From a virus, in the IMG/VR virus record IMGVR_UViG_3300045988_075126, positions 64,137 through 128,136 of that record: a DNA stretch of 64,000 bases; one strand, given 5' to 3'. The notes beneath the pieces are model-generated. The model ran no database searches and had not been told where the DNA came from. It was given only the letters and a program-made list of their open reading frames with translations. The position numbers were made by a program, and so were the translations under genes. The number at the start of each line of letters is the position of its first letter. Position 1 is the stretch's first letter. Of this stretch, positions 41,210 to 49,460 are shown in pieces.

Positions 41210-41610
41210 AGAAAGGATATTACGAATACGACCCTGTTATCTATCCAAGGAGGTTGTGTGTCGCTATTGGTATGAACCAAGAGGACGCTAACAAGTGTTT
41301 TGAAGGTAGAAATGGCGGGTTTTTGAGGGTTGATTTCTCTAATACTGACGCAATGACCTTCGATAACGTTAGGGAAAAAGCGAATAAGAAGTTTTGTATA
41401 TTAATTAATTTTGCAAGCAAGAATACTATGAGGATGGGAGTTTGTTGCCATGAAGCTTCTCACGCCTGCGATGCCATCGAGGGTGCTATTGATATGGAGC
41501 ACGGAGGCGAGCCTTCTGCCTATCTGATAGGTTGGATTGCGTCTTGCATCAACAAGGCTCGTTTGGGAATTGGCAATTTCGTTGAAATTAAAGATAAGGA
41601 AGAAAAGTAG
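41206..41610 (+). CDS. small HExxH (zincin-like) protein, paralog of 46266-46631
   Basis: ..GVCCHEASHACDAIEGAIDMEHGGEPSAYLIGWIASCINKA aligns with ..GTLAHEIFHCVCFIMEKVGICLCHESDEAYAYLIGFITNKV. Confidence 0.6.
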   Translation: MKKGYYEYDPVIYPRRLCVAIGMNQEDANKCFEGRNGGFLRVDFSNTDAMTFDNVREKANKKFCILINFASKNTMRMGVCCHEASHACDAIEGAIDMEHGGEPSAYLIGWIASCINKARLGIGNFVEIKDKEEK

Positions 41611-41639
41611 CCCAAAGACAAAATACCCTTGGGTGTTTG

Positions 41640-41679
41640 CCCCATCACTATATATAATAATGTAGTGGTGGGGGTTTTT
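41640..41679 (+). terminator. intrinsic terminator
   Basis: CCCCATCACTA/TAGTGGTGGGG 11-bp stem (one G-U) then GTTTTT; a smaller CCCAA..TTGGG hairpin precedes it. Confidence 0.7.
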
Positions 41680-41721
41680 ATGTTAACGTCAGCAAATTAT
41701 TTGTTAGCAGTATTATAGTGT

Positions 41722-41843
41722 GTTAAAAGATAAAAGAAATACATTAAATAATTTGCATGTTTCAAATATTCTTTGTATCTTTGCAATGTAATTAAGAAAC
41801 AAGGTTACTAATTTGAAAAGGTGAGACACACCACAAAAACTGT
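41722..41843 (+). repeat. 122-bp promoter/leader cassette, copy 2 (partner 20662-20783)
   Basis: See copy 1; constant offset 21060 nt. Confidence 0.85.
41752..41783 (+). promoter_or_regulatory. extended phage promoter (CATTAAA..TTTGCA..-7 TATCTTTG)
   Basis: TTTG 41752-41755, 20-nt spacer, TATCTTTG 41776-41783. Confidence 0.65.
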
Positions 41844-41844
41844 A
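41820..41844 (+). promoter_or_regulatory. conserved leader element, type A
   Basis: GGTGAGACACACCACAAAAACTGTA; ATG 41853 is 9 nt after ACTGT. Confidence 0.65.
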
Positions 41845-41852
41845 ATAAGAAA

Positions 41853-42227
41853 ATGAAAAAGTTTTTTGAAAACTTATCTGAAAAGATTAATGATGCGGCT
41901 TTTGAGGCGCAGCTTGATGATTTTACTTGCGAGTTTGATGCTATTAACAAACCTGCTGAAATCGTGGTGTCCGTTAAGAGTAGAAAGGTTATCCATTCAG
42001 ATGGAAATATTTCTTCTTATCCAAATTACAATGTAGATAAGATTAATATCTATGATGATGACGGAGAAGACGTTTCTTCAAAATATCCTTTGTTCTGCCA
42101 AAGAGTTAAGGATTGCGTGCCTTCTTATAAAGATGTAGAGAAAGACTTGATGGAGGCAAATATGAGCGACACTGAGCTTTATTTTGGCTCAGAAGCTAAT
42201 TATTTGCGTTATAAATATGGCAACTAA
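41853..42227 (+). CDS. hypothetical protein
   Basis: First ORF of the 41.9-51.6 kb array; ATG after the leader element. Confidence 0.6.
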   Translation: MKKFFENLSEKINDAAFEAQLDDFTCEFDAINKPAEIVVSVKSRKVIHSDGNISSYPNYNVDKINIYDDDGEDVSSKYPLFCQRVKDCVPSYKDVEKDLMEANMSDTELYFGSEANYLRYKYGN

Positions 42228-42238
42228 ACAATTAGGTT

Positions 42239-42364
42239 ATGGAGTACGAAAATAAATTTGTTGGACTTTCATCTGTAACTAGCAACGACCTTAAACTATT
42301 AAGGTATGAACTAGAGTATGGATGGAAATTGGCTCTTATGCCAAATGATGTGTGGTACAACTAA
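42239..42364 (+). CDS. hypothetical small protein (41 aa)
   Basis: MEYENKFVGLSSVTSNDLKLLRYELEYGWKLALMPNDVWYN*; fills an inter-ORF gap. Confidence 0.35.
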   Translation: MEYENKFVGLSSVTSNDLKLLRYELEYGWKLALMPNDVWYN

Positions 42365-42385
42365 TTACTTTTAAAATTTCAAATT

Positions 42386-42625
42386 ATGGCATATTATAAA
42401 GTTAGTGTAGATGTATCGGATTTATTCGATGATATGCTCGTCCATGCACAGAAGAGCTTTCTTATTGACAAGTTTTGCTCTTTAGCAACAGACCAGCAGA
42501 TAGAGGTTGTAAGCGAAATGCTGGAGAACCTTAATGGCGACCAAGTAGCTAAAGTTATAGAAGACGCTTTCGATAACTTGCATGAGCAAGGTCAAGAGCA
42601 AGTAATCAACTATGTGAACGAATAA
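42386..42625 (+). CDS. hypothetical protein
   Basis: ORF track; ATG start; tight same-strand packing; no domain recognised by eye. Confidence 0.6.
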   Translation: MAYYKVSVDVSDLFDDMLVHAQKSFLIDKFCSLATDQQIEVVSEMLENLNGDQVAKVIEDAFDNLHEQGQEQVINYVNE

Positions 42626-42629
42626 GGCT

Positions 42630-42830
42630 ATGATGTCCGATAAACAATATAGAGTTGCTCGCAAGGGTGTTGTTGAGCAACTTAAATTAGCTCAGAGACT
42701 TCATTGCAAGCACATGGAGCAGAAGTATAAAGTGGCTTTGGAGAAGTTAGAGAAACGCTTCTTAAAGCCGGATGCCGTGGGCTGCTTCGATTTGGGCGCA
42801 AGGGTATCAAATAGTTATTATCATCTTTAA
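42630..42830 (+). CDS. hypothetical protein
   Basis: ORF track; ATG start; tight same-strand packing; no domain recognised by eye. Confidence 0.55.
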   Translation: MMSDKQYRVARKGVVEQLKLAQRLHCKHMEQKYKVALEKLEKRFLKPDAVGCFDLGARVSNSYYHL

Positions 42831-43124
42831 ATGGTTAAGGTTATGGGAGCAAAAGTAGAAGTAAAGACAATTCCTTTGCATGGATTGTTCATCTATCGCA
42901 AGCAGGTTTGGCGTTCACTTGGTAAGTTGAGAGCAGAAAGCCATTCTACATCGGCACAGAAAGTATATATGAATGAGCATAATACCGAAGTGTATACCGA
43001 GAATGCCGATTTTATTGATGGATTGAAAGTCACTCCTTATAATGGGGAGTTACCAAAAATATCAAAATACGCTAATTGTAGTATGAGTCACTACCAATAT
43101 TGTTTAAACCAAAAGTCGATTTAA
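42831..43124 (+). CDS. hypothetical protein
   Basis: ORF track; ATG immediately after the upstream stop. Confidence 0.55.
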   Translation: MVKVMGAKVEVKTIPLHGLFIYRKQVWRSLGKLRAESHSTSAQKVYMNEHNTEVYTENADFIDGLKVTPYNGELPKISKYANCSMSHYQYCLNQKSI

Positions 43125-43126
43125 TT

Positions 43127-44131
43127 ATGGATGCAAAGATTAATATAGCAAAAATTTTGAAGGATAAGCCACAAGGAACCAAGTTGTACTCTTCTGCTTG
43201 TGGTAAATGTGAGTTGAAAGAGGCAGACGATAAAAGTTTCAAAGTATCTTTCTATAGTTCGAAGTTTGGCTTTATGAATGGTGGAGAAGGTACTTTTGAT
43301 AAAAATGGCAACTTGTATGATGATGGAGAGTGTATTATTTTCCCATCAAAGGAAATGCGTAACTGGTATAAATTTGATTGGAAAAAAGGTGATGTTCTTG
43401 TAGGGGTAGGACAAAGAGTCATCTTTGAAAAATTCATAGATGAAAATTATACTAAATTTCAAGGTAAATATAGCCTAAGTACTTATGAGGATAGAACATT
43501 AGTAATTGATAGAAGTTATTATACTAGTAACTTTAGTAAAATAAATGCCAGTGGCAATGTTGAAAATTATTTTGAAGATCTCGAAGAGAAGTTGGGTGGT
43601 AAACTCAATCGTCAGACCCTTGAAGTAGAGAAGGCTCTACCAGAGTTCAAGGATGGGGATATAGTTTTTGCTGAGTCTCATATGCTTGGCATAAATACAA
43701 GCTCAATGATTGCTATCTTTAGAAAAGAGAAAGAAATTGATAAGTATAAATTTAGTCCAGCTTTATGTGAGTCTAACGAACATGACACATACCTTAGAGA
43801 AGGCCCTGTAGTATTATCTCCATCCGATATTAAGATATTTCGCTATGCCACTGACTCAGAAAAGCAGCAGTTATTTGACGCACTCGCAAAGGAAAATAAA
43901 GATTGGGATAGCGAGCATAAAATGATTGTGGACTTGAAGCCAAAGGTTGAGCTGAAACCATTCGACAAAGTGTTGGTTAGAGATAATAAAGACCAAAAAT
44001 GGAAAGCGAGTTTCTTCGGCTATAAAGACGAAAACCACTTTATGTGTGAGAATGGTTGTGCTTGGTTTCACTGCATTCCTTACGAAGGAAACGAGCACTT
44101 GTTAGGTACGACTAAAGATGTGGAGGGTTAG
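43127..44131 (+). CDS. hypothetical protein (334 aa)
   Basis: ORF track 43100 (TTG); ATG 43127; three loosely repeated (K)GD(V/I)(L/V) / FDKVLVRD segments suggest repeated small beta domains. Confidence 0.6.
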   Translation: MDAKINIAKILKDKPQGTKLYSSACGKCELKEADDKSFKVSFYSSKFGFMNGGEGTFDKNGNLYDDGECIIFPSKEMRNWYKFDWKKGDVLVGVGQRVIFEKFIDENYTKFQGKYSLSTYEDRTLVIDRSYYTSNFSKINASGNVENYFEDLEEKLGGKLNRQTLEVEKALPEFKDGDIVFAESHMLGINTSSMIAIFRKEKEIDKYKFSPALCESNEHDTYLREGPVVLSPSDIKIFRYATDSEKQQLFDALAKENKDWDSEHKMIVDLKPKVELKPFDKVLVRDNKDQKWKASFFGYKDENHFMCENGCAWFHCIPYEGNEHLLGTTKDVEG

Positions 44132-44133
44132 GT

Positions 44134-44325
44134 ATGATGGATGATAATATCGCAAATAATATAATATTATCTTCAGGCATATCTCTTAAAGAAGCATTTG
44201 ATAATGAAGCTCGTGCCTATAAAAGTAATGACCAAGAAATAGAGCGTCTTTGCTATCATAGTGGCAAGGAAAGCCGTAGAACAAGGAGAATGTTAGAACT
44301 AAGGAAAAGAAAGGGTAGATTATGA
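44134..44325 (+). CDS. hypothetical protein
   Basis: ORF track; ATG start; ATGA overlap downstream. Confidence 0.55.
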   Translation: MMDDNIANNIILSSGISLKEAFDNEARAYKSNDQEIERLCYHSGKESRRTRRMLELRKRKGRL

Positions 44326-44696
44326 TAGACGATAAAGAAATTGATATTGCAGCAAGGGCACAAGTACTTAGCAAGCATTTCAACGAAACTGCATATTTTC
44401 AGCTTAGAAGTATTGAAGATTTTACGGATGGTGCTCACTGGGTTATCAATGAGGAGTTTTTGAAGGACTCGGTTCATCCTGCCAGCGAAGTTCCACGTAA
44501 TGACAACGGAAAGGTTCTTGCGTTCTCAAAAGTGAATAGTAATATTAAGCTCTACGATATGAACGCCATGTTAAATGAAACTGGTTGTGACACATATCAA
44601 GAAATGTGGGAAATTATAGTTAGAGCATATACTTTTACTGATTGGGTATTCGTGGAAGACTTACTTGATTTAATCAAGAAAGGAGGCAAACAATGA
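44322..44696 (+). CDS. hypothetical protein
   Basis: ORF track; ATG start; ATGA overlaps on both sides. Confidence 0.6.
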   Translation: MIDDKEIDIAARAQVLSKHFNETAYFQLRSIEDFTDGAHWVINEEFLKDSVHPASEVPRNDNGKVLAFSKVNSNIKLYDMNAMLNETGCDTYQEMWEIIVRAYTFTDWVFVEDLLDLIKKGGKQ

Positions 44697-44830
44697 TATA
44701 TCGTGATATTGATGGTTACTACCTTTATCAAATGTCGCCAAAGTTTCCTGATAATTTTGTAGTCAATACAACAACTTCTCCAAAGGAATATGGTCAGAAA
44801 CTTTTAAATAGAAAGCGAGGTAGAAAATGA
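44693..44830 (+). CDS. hypothetical small protein (45 aa)
   Basis: MIYRDIDGYYLYQMSPKFPDNF..; ATGA overlaps on both sides. Confidence 0.4.
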   Translation: MIYRDIDGYYLYQMSPKFPDNFVVNTTTSPKEYGQKLLNRKRGRK

Positions 44831-45162
44831 AAGAGTTTAAAGATTTGGTTGTTGGTGATGATGTACTAATTACAAGTAGGTATTACAGACGTATCGCCAA
44901 GGTTGATAAAGTGACAAAGACTCAAATTATTGCTAATAACGCTAGATTTAGAAGAGATTCGGGCTGGCAATGTGGTAGCGATAGCTGGGATAGGAAAAGT
45001 ATATCTGTTCCTACAGAAAAGGAAATATCAGATGTTAAAGAAGAGAATCTTCGTAAGGCTCTCATCTACGCTATCAGTTCTTTTGATTTCAAACGCTTAT
45101 CAACAGATGAGTTAAAACAAGTGTACAATATTGTAAAAGGCAAAGAAAGTGAAAGAGCTTAA
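44827..45162 (+). CDS. hypothetical protein
   Basis: ORF track; ATG start; tight packing. Confidence 0.6.
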   Translation: MKEFKDLVVGDDVLITSRYYRRIAKVDKVTKTQIIANNARFRRDSGWQCGSDSWDRKSISVPTEKEISDVKEENLRKALIYAISSFDFKRLSTDELKQVYNIVKGKESERA

Positions 45163-45337
45163 AGTTGGAGAAAAGACCAAATGTGTCGTCACTATTGAAG
45201 CTGTTAGATGTGGTACATGCGAGGAATGTTTCTTTTATGATGAATATTATCACTGTGCTAATGAAAAAAAATTCGAATGTTTGGGTAAGTATCGCTCAGA
45301 TGGAGAGAATGTAATCTTTAAATTGGTAAAGAAGTAA
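45149..45337 (+). CDS. hypothetical Cys-rich protein
   Basis: GTG start only (no in-frame ATG); ..CGTCEECFFYDEYYHCANEKKFEC.. Confidence 0.45.
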   Translation: MKELKVGEKTKCVVTIEAVRCGTCEECFFYDEYYHCANEKKFECLGKYRSDGENVIFKLVKK

Positions 45338-45341
45338 GCGT

Positions 45342-45464
45342 ATGAGTTACGAATCAAGAAGTAGATGTAAGGAAAGACAGATAACACCTTGTGGAATTTG
45401 TCCTTTAATGTTTAAGTGTCCTTATGATGAAGATAAGGACAAATATAATAATCTTAAAAAGTAA
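45342..45464 (+). CDS. hypothetical small Cys-rich protein (40 aa)
   Basis: Starts at a TAAGCGTATG junction; ..RCKERQITPCGICPLMFKCPY.. Confidence 0.4.
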   Translation: MSYESRSRCKERQITPCGICPLMFKCPYDEDKDKYNNLKK

Positions 45465-45469
45465 AGCGT

Positions 45470-45676
45470 ATGGCAGCAAGATATAATTTTAGAAAAACCA
45501 TTTTACGCAGATTGGAAATCTGTTGGAATGTGCTCACGCATAAGACTTTTATAGCTTATACAACTGATGATATAGGTGATAAATGGAGTCTTATAAATAA
45601 TATAGAAAGTCTTGAACAATTTGGTCAATGGCTTGTAAGTGGTGGGTATAAGAAGAGCAGTAACTATAAAAAGTAA
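45470..45676 (+). CDS. hypothetical protein
   Basis: Starts at a TAAAGCGTATG junction. Confidence 0.55.
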   Translation: MAARYNFRKTILRRLEICWNVLTHKTFIAYTTDDIGDKWSLINNIESLEQFGQWLVSGGYKKSSNYKK

Positions 45677-45681
45677 AGCGT

Positions 45682-45909
45682 ATGAAAACAATAAGATTAG
45701 TAGTAGAACTTATTAACGTTCCTGACGAATGTACAGCCGAGAAATTTAGAACAATACTAGAGGATGGTGAATTTCCTTCTTGTATTGCTGATAACTTTGG
45801 TATCGTAGCTGCTAATATGGCAGATAAGAATATTGAAGATTTAGACAATTTTCAGTTCACCATTTATCCATTTCCTGAAGATGAAGAGGATGAGTTTTAT
45901 GAACTTTAG
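45682..45909 (+). CDS. hypothetical protein
   Basis: Starts at a TAAAGCGTATG junction; acidic. Confidence 0.55.
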   Translation: MKTIRLVVELINVPDECTAEKFRTILEDGEFPSCIADNFGIVAANMADKNIEDLDNFQFTIYPFPEDEEDEFYEL

Positions 45910-45947
45910 TAATTAACCATCCCTTATGGGATATAAATATAAGTAAT

Positions 45948-46091
45948 ATGAAACATATTAAGTTTACAATAGATATAACATTGCCACCAGATGAAAAGTT
46001 TCTTACTAAGGAAGATTTCATGGCGGCAGTATATACTTGTTATGGAAACATTAAAGATGTTCTTCCTTTAGCAATAGTAAAGATTGATTAA
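45948..46091 (+). CDS. hypothetical small protein (47 aa)
   Basis: MKHIKFTIDITLPPDEKFLTKEDF..; followed by 9-bp hairpin ACCCTCTCC..GGAGAGGGT (46099-46124). Confidence 0.35.
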   Translation: MKHIKFTIDITLPPDEKFLTKEDFMAAVYTCYGNIKDVLPLAIVKID

Positions 46092-46137
46092 CTAACCACC
46101 CTCTCCTGTAAAAGGGAGAGGGTAAAAAGAAGAGAAT

Positions 46138-46269
46138 ATGGATGCAAGTAAAATAACATTAAGTAGCTATATTGCATATCTCAAAGGTATGTATAAACGA
46201 TATGGCAATATAAGTATTACACAACTAAAGCATATAGAAAGAAACAGAAAAAAGGAGGATAAGCGATGA
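46138..46269 (+). CDS. hypothetical small protein (43 aa)
   Basis: ATGA overlap with 46266-46631. Confidence 0.35.
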   Translation: MDASKITLSSYIAYLKGMYKRYGNISITQLKHIERNRKKEDKR

Positions 46270-46631
46270 ACAAAGTAATACCGATAGACATCTATAACAT
46301 TGATATGCTTTTCGTGGTAGGTGAAAAAGAAGAATTGAAGTCATCGCTGGAAGAGCATCTGAGCAATGATGATGCGAATAAAGCATATAACGAAATGTGG
46401 AAGGATATTGACGAAGGAAGTATTGGACGGTCAGCCTTACTTAGTAGTGGTCAGGTTGCTTTATGGGTTTCTGATGCAAATGACAAAGGGACATTGGCAC
46501 ATGAGATATTCCATTGTGTGTGCTTCATAATGGAAAAGGTAGGCATCTGCCTATGCCACGAAAGTGATGAAGCCTATGCCTACCTAATTGGATTCATCAC
46601 CAATAAGGTGAATGATGCACTTAAAGAGTAG
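46266..46631 (+). CDS. small HExxH (zincin-like) protein, paralog of 41206-41610
   Basis: LAHEIFHCVCF.. plus downstream E..AYLIG block shared with 41206-41610. Confidence 0.6.
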   Translation: MNKVIPIDIYNIDMLFVVGEKEELKSSLEEHLSNDDANKAYNEMWKDIDEGSIGRSALLSSGQVALWVSDANDKGTLAHEIFHCVCFIMEKVGICLCHESDEAYAYLIGFITNKVNDALKE

Positions 46632-46643
46632 GAGGATTAGAAT

Positions 46644-46757
46644 ATGAAGAAAAGAAAGATAAGCAAGTGGCGCATTAAGCGTGGAGTAAACTTCCATGAT
46701 GAAATGCGCAAAGGTAAGTATGGGTGGAATGAAGCCGCCCATCTAGGTTGGTTTTAA
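46644..46757 (+). CDS. hypothetical small basic protein (37 aa)
   Basis: Preceded by GGAGGATTAGAAT; MKKRKISKWRIKRG.. Confidence 0.35.
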   Translation: MKKRKISKWRIKRGVNFHDEMRKGKYGWNEAAHLGWF

Positions 46758-46768
46758 TTAATGAGAAT

Positions 46769-47095
46769 ATGGCAAAGATTATTTATTTAGGTACAAATGG
46801 TTGTTCCGGACACTACCCTATTGGTATTGATGAGTCTCTGAATGAGGACGAATACAAAAAATGGTGTGAATGTGACAATGAAGCTTGGATAGACAATATC
46901 CGAAGTAATCCTGGTCGCCACTTGGTTAAACATCATGGAGAAGTTTACACCAACTATGGCGTTCCATTCTCGGTAGATGAAGACAGAGTTGGCGACCATA
47001 CCGAATTATTTTGGAAAGGCATTCATACGGAAGAAGAAATCATAAACTTCATAAAGAGTAATCCGTTTTTATCAAAGCAATTTAATTTAAAGTAA
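46769..47095 (+). CDS. hypothetical protein
   Basis: ORF track 46748 (TTG); ATG 46769 (MAKIIYLGTNG..). Confidence 0.55.
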   Translation: MAKIIYLGTNGCSGHYPIGIDESLNEDEYKKWCECDNEAWIDNIRSNPGRHLVKHHGEVYTNYGVPFSVDEDRVGDHTELFWKGIHTEEEIINFIKSNPFLSKQFNLK

Positions 47096-47096
47096 G

Positions 47097-47249
47097 ATGA
47101 GCAAAGAAAAAGCAATTGAAAACATAAAAGAAGCACTTAAATATACTGCAAAAACATCACTAATTGGAACTTCGCCAGCAGAAGTAGCATCTGCTGTTTC
47201 TTGGGCAGAAATTTTATTATTAAGAGCACTTAAAGAGTTGGAGGACTAG
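47097..47249 (+). CDS. hypothetical small protein (50 aa)
   Basis: MSKEKAIENIKEALKYTAKTS..RALKELED*; its 3' end repeats the 3' end of 46266-46631. Confidence 0.4.
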   Translation: MSKEKAIENIKEALKYTAKTSLIGTSPAEVASAVSWAEILLLRALKELED

Positions 47250-47252
47250 AAT

Positions 47253-47408
47253 ATGACAAAATTTAAGGTAGTTAGATATTGGGACACATATCCCGATAGA
47301 GTTGTGGCAACTTGTGATACACAGGAAGAGGCAGAAAAGATATGTAAAGAATATCTTAAAAAACGCAAGCCTATGTACGACTATTTAGTAAGAAAGGAGA
47401 ATGAGTAA
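47253..47408 (+). CDS. hypothetical small protein (51 aa)
   Basis: Preceded by GGAGGACTAGAAT; TAATG overlap downstream. Confidence 0.4.
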   Translation: MTKFKVVRYWDTYPDRVVATCDTQEEAEKICKEYLKKRKPMYDYLVRKENE

Positions 47409-47575
47409 TGACTAGAGAAGAGTTAAAAGATAATTACGGAAATGACATCTGTGAATTATGCTGCAAAGAGTATTTTACAAACCGTGCATATCCTGAATCA
47501 CTTTGTGAGGGTAAGTATTGCGAGGAGGCAGAAGATAGTTTCGCAGATGAACATAATATAGAGTTGGAGGATTGA
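47408..47575 (+). CDS. hypothetical Cys-rich protein (55 aa), paralogous to the N-terminus of 47578-47937
   Basis: ICELCCKEYF..LCEGKYCEEAEDSFADEHNIELED* versus ICEYCRKHII..FCKGWVCEKSYCKEAQDGYAAVNKIELED. Confidence 0.45.
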   Translation: MTREELKDNYGNDICELCCKEYFTNRAYPESLCEGKYCEEAEDSFADEHNIELED

Positions 47576-47577
47576 GC

Positions 47578-47937
47578 ATGAACAGGAAAGAATTACAAAA
47601 CAAATTCGGTATTTCTATCTGTGAGTATTGTCGTAAGCACATCATTTCTGAATATAATTTTTGCAAAGGATGGGTTTGCGAGAAGAGTTATTGTAAGGAG
47701 GCACAAGATGGCTACGCAGCAGTAAACAAAATAGAGTTGGAGGATTTGAATATAAAGAAAGTGGAACCTATTAAGGGACTATCAGAAAGTACTTATAATT
47801 ACCTCGTATCTCATTGTAAACGTAAGATAGAACAATGTAAATATAGCCCATCTTTGCTTCTTATCTATAATGAGCACAGAATCTTTTTGGAGTTGTTAGA
47901 ACATGTTGGACGTGATTTTATAGAGAAGGAGAAATAG
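47578..47937 (+). CDS. hypothetical Cys-rich protein
   Basis: ORF track 47572 (TTG); ATG 47578. Confidence 0.55.
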   Translation: MNRKELQNKFGISICEYCRKHIISEYNFCKGWVCEKSYCKEAQDGYAAVNKIELEDLNIKKVEPIKGLSESTYNYLVSHCKRKIEQCKYSPSLLLIYNEHRIFLELLEHVGRDFIEKEK

Positions 47938-47939
47938 TT

Positions 47940-48143
47940 ATGGCATGGGTAGTAAAGAATAAAGATGGCTCTGAAACAATTTATGAAGTAAAGCCATATA
48001 AATACAACGATGAGTGGGTATCACGGAAAGATAGTTGGGAAAGACCCTATCAACACTTTGGTATTCCGCAAGGTAGCATCAAGAAACTCATCGGAAGAGA
48101 GTTATCTTGGGATGATGAACCTGTCGAACTTAAAGAAGAATAG
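47940..48143 (+). CDS. hypothetical protein (tandem paralog of 48146-48433)
   Basis: MAWVVKNKDGSETIYEVKPYKY..GSIKKLIGRELSWDDEPVELK versus MARTWLAVDKDGSEKIFNVKPFRG..GTIVKLIGRNLTWKDECVEFK. Confidence 0.6.
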   Translation: MAWVVKNKDGSETIYEVKPYKYNDEWVSRKDSWERPYQHFGIPQGSIKKLIGRELSWDDEPVELKEE

Positions 48144-48145
48144 TT

Positions 48146-48433
48146 ATGGCAAGAACATGGTTAGCAGTGGATAAAGACGGTTCGGAGAAGATCTTCAATG
48201 TAAAACCGTTCAGAGGCAATACACAAAAAGATAGAAATCATATATGGGGTACAACATACGTTGGTGAAAACTACGAAAAGTGGTATCCTAAACATGATGG
48301 TCGCAATGAAGATACAGGTGATGCTTATTATAAAGGGCGTTCAATAGAATTGCCTAAAGGTACAATCGTAAAGCTTATTGGGCGGAATTTAACATGGAAG
48401 GATGAATGTGTTGAATTTAAAAAGAATAAGTAA
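48146..48433 (+). CDS. hypothetical protein (tandem paralog of 47940-48143)
   Basis: See 47940-48143; both start at a TAGTTATGGCA junction. Confidence 0.6.
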   Translation: MARTWLAVDKDGSEKIFNVKPFRGNTQKDRNHIWGTTYVGENYEKWYPKHDGRNEDTGDAYYKGRSIELPKGTIVKLIGRNLTWKDECVEFKKNK

Positions 48434-48470
48434 GGTTTGAAATTTATGTTAAAAAGAAGAATTATAGCTT

Positions 48471-48854
48471 ATGAAAAGAGAAATCAAGTTCAAGGCAAAA
48501 CGTCTTGACGGAAAAGGATGGGTTGAAGGTAGCCTAATCAAAAGTACTACTGGGATAAAGGAAAGAGCCTACATAGTAGATAACTTTAGCAGTATGAGTG
48601 ATTATAGTGTTATTGGTATTGACCCTTCTACAGTCTGCCAGTACACAGGACTGAAAGACTGCAAGGGTAGAGAAGTTTGGGAAGGAGATATAGCGGAGTG
48701 TGAGATATATGACTTATATAAGGGGTTCATCAAGGTAAAAGCAGTAATCGAATATATGTACGGTGCATTTGTTGCTATTATTGATGGAATACCTTATTCT
48801 TTATACTTTAAGTATATTAAGGTTATTGGCAACAAATTCGATAAGGATAAGTAG
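48471..48854 (+). CDS. YopX-like protein
   Basis: MKREIKFKAKRLDGKGWVEG.. and ..VCQYTGLKDCKGREVWEGDI fit the IKFRAW....W..G / QYTGL.DKNG..I.EGDI pattern of YopX proteins. Confidence 0.6.
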   Translation: MKREIKFKAKRLDGKGWVEGSLIKSTTGIKERAYIVDNFSSMSDYSVIGIDPSTVCQYTGLKDCKGREVWEGDIAECEIYDLYKGFIKVKAVIEYMYGAFVAIIDGIPYSLYFKYIKVIGNKFDKDK

Positions 48855-48863
48855 GATAAAACT

Positions 48864-48995
48864 ATGGTAGATGTAAGTAATCAGCATTGGAACGAAGATG
48901 GGAGCATTACTATTATATTGAATAGTATTGAAGAAGTCGAAGAGTTCGTTGAGTGTGTTAATATATGGAATAAAATGTGTGAAGATGAAGAATAA
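48864..48995 (+). CDS. hypothetical small acidic protein (43 aa)
   Basis: Below track cutoff; fills a gap; overlaps the next ORF by 11 nt. Confidence 0.35.
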   Translation: MVDVSNQHWNEDGSITIILNSIEEVEEFVECVNIWNKMCEDEE

Positions 48996-49218
48996 GATTT
49001 TAAGCTTAGTCAAGTCAGCCGTTTGGTTCGTCTTGTGTTTGCTTGTAGGTGCATTGATTTTTGAGGGCGTTCGCTCGTTGGCTAACAGCAATGAACCTGC
49101 AAAGAAAATTGGTATGTCAGTATTCACTGAGGAAGGACACGATTATCTGGTTGTGGACACGAAACATGGAGTTTGCGTTATTCACGCTGAGAGCTGTCCT
49201 TGTCATAAAAAGAAGTAG
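48985..49218 (+). CDS. small membrane protein
   Basis: ORF track 48928 (TTG); ATG 48985 gives MKNKILSLVKSAVWFVLCLLVGALIFEGV.. (one TM helix). Confidence 0.5.
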   Translation: MKNKILSLVKSAVWFVLCLLVGALIFEGVRSLANSNEPAKKIGMSVFTEEGHDYLVVDTKHGVCVIHAESCPCHKKK

Positions 49219-49221
49219 CGT

Positions 49222-49458
49222 ATGAAGAAGGAGATATTTGACTTCTCGGAGGCTCTGAGAAGAATGAAGGAAGGGAAGAAAGTGAGAAGAATCGGCTGGG
49301 GTATAGTTGACAAACTATGGATAGATAAAGATAAAAATATCAACATTTTCTATAAAGCAACAACACATTCTTCGGAAGGTTTCATTCATATTTTTCCAAG
49401 TTGTTGGAGTTATTTCACTTGCGAAGATATTCTCGCAACATACTGGGAGGAGGTGTAA
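49222..49458 (+). CDS. DUF2829-like protein (family that includes Thoeris anti-defence Tad2)
   Basis: FDFSEALRRMKEGKKVRRIGWG.. and C-terminal ..CEDILATYWEEV resemble the F.EAL.A.K.GKKV.R.GW ... DLLA.DWE. pattern of DUF2829. Confidence 0.5.
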   Translation: MKKEIFDFSEALRRMKEGKKVRRIGWGIVDKLWIDKDKNINIFYKATTHSSEGFIHIFPSCWSYFTCEDILATYWEEV

Positions 49459-49460
49459 GG

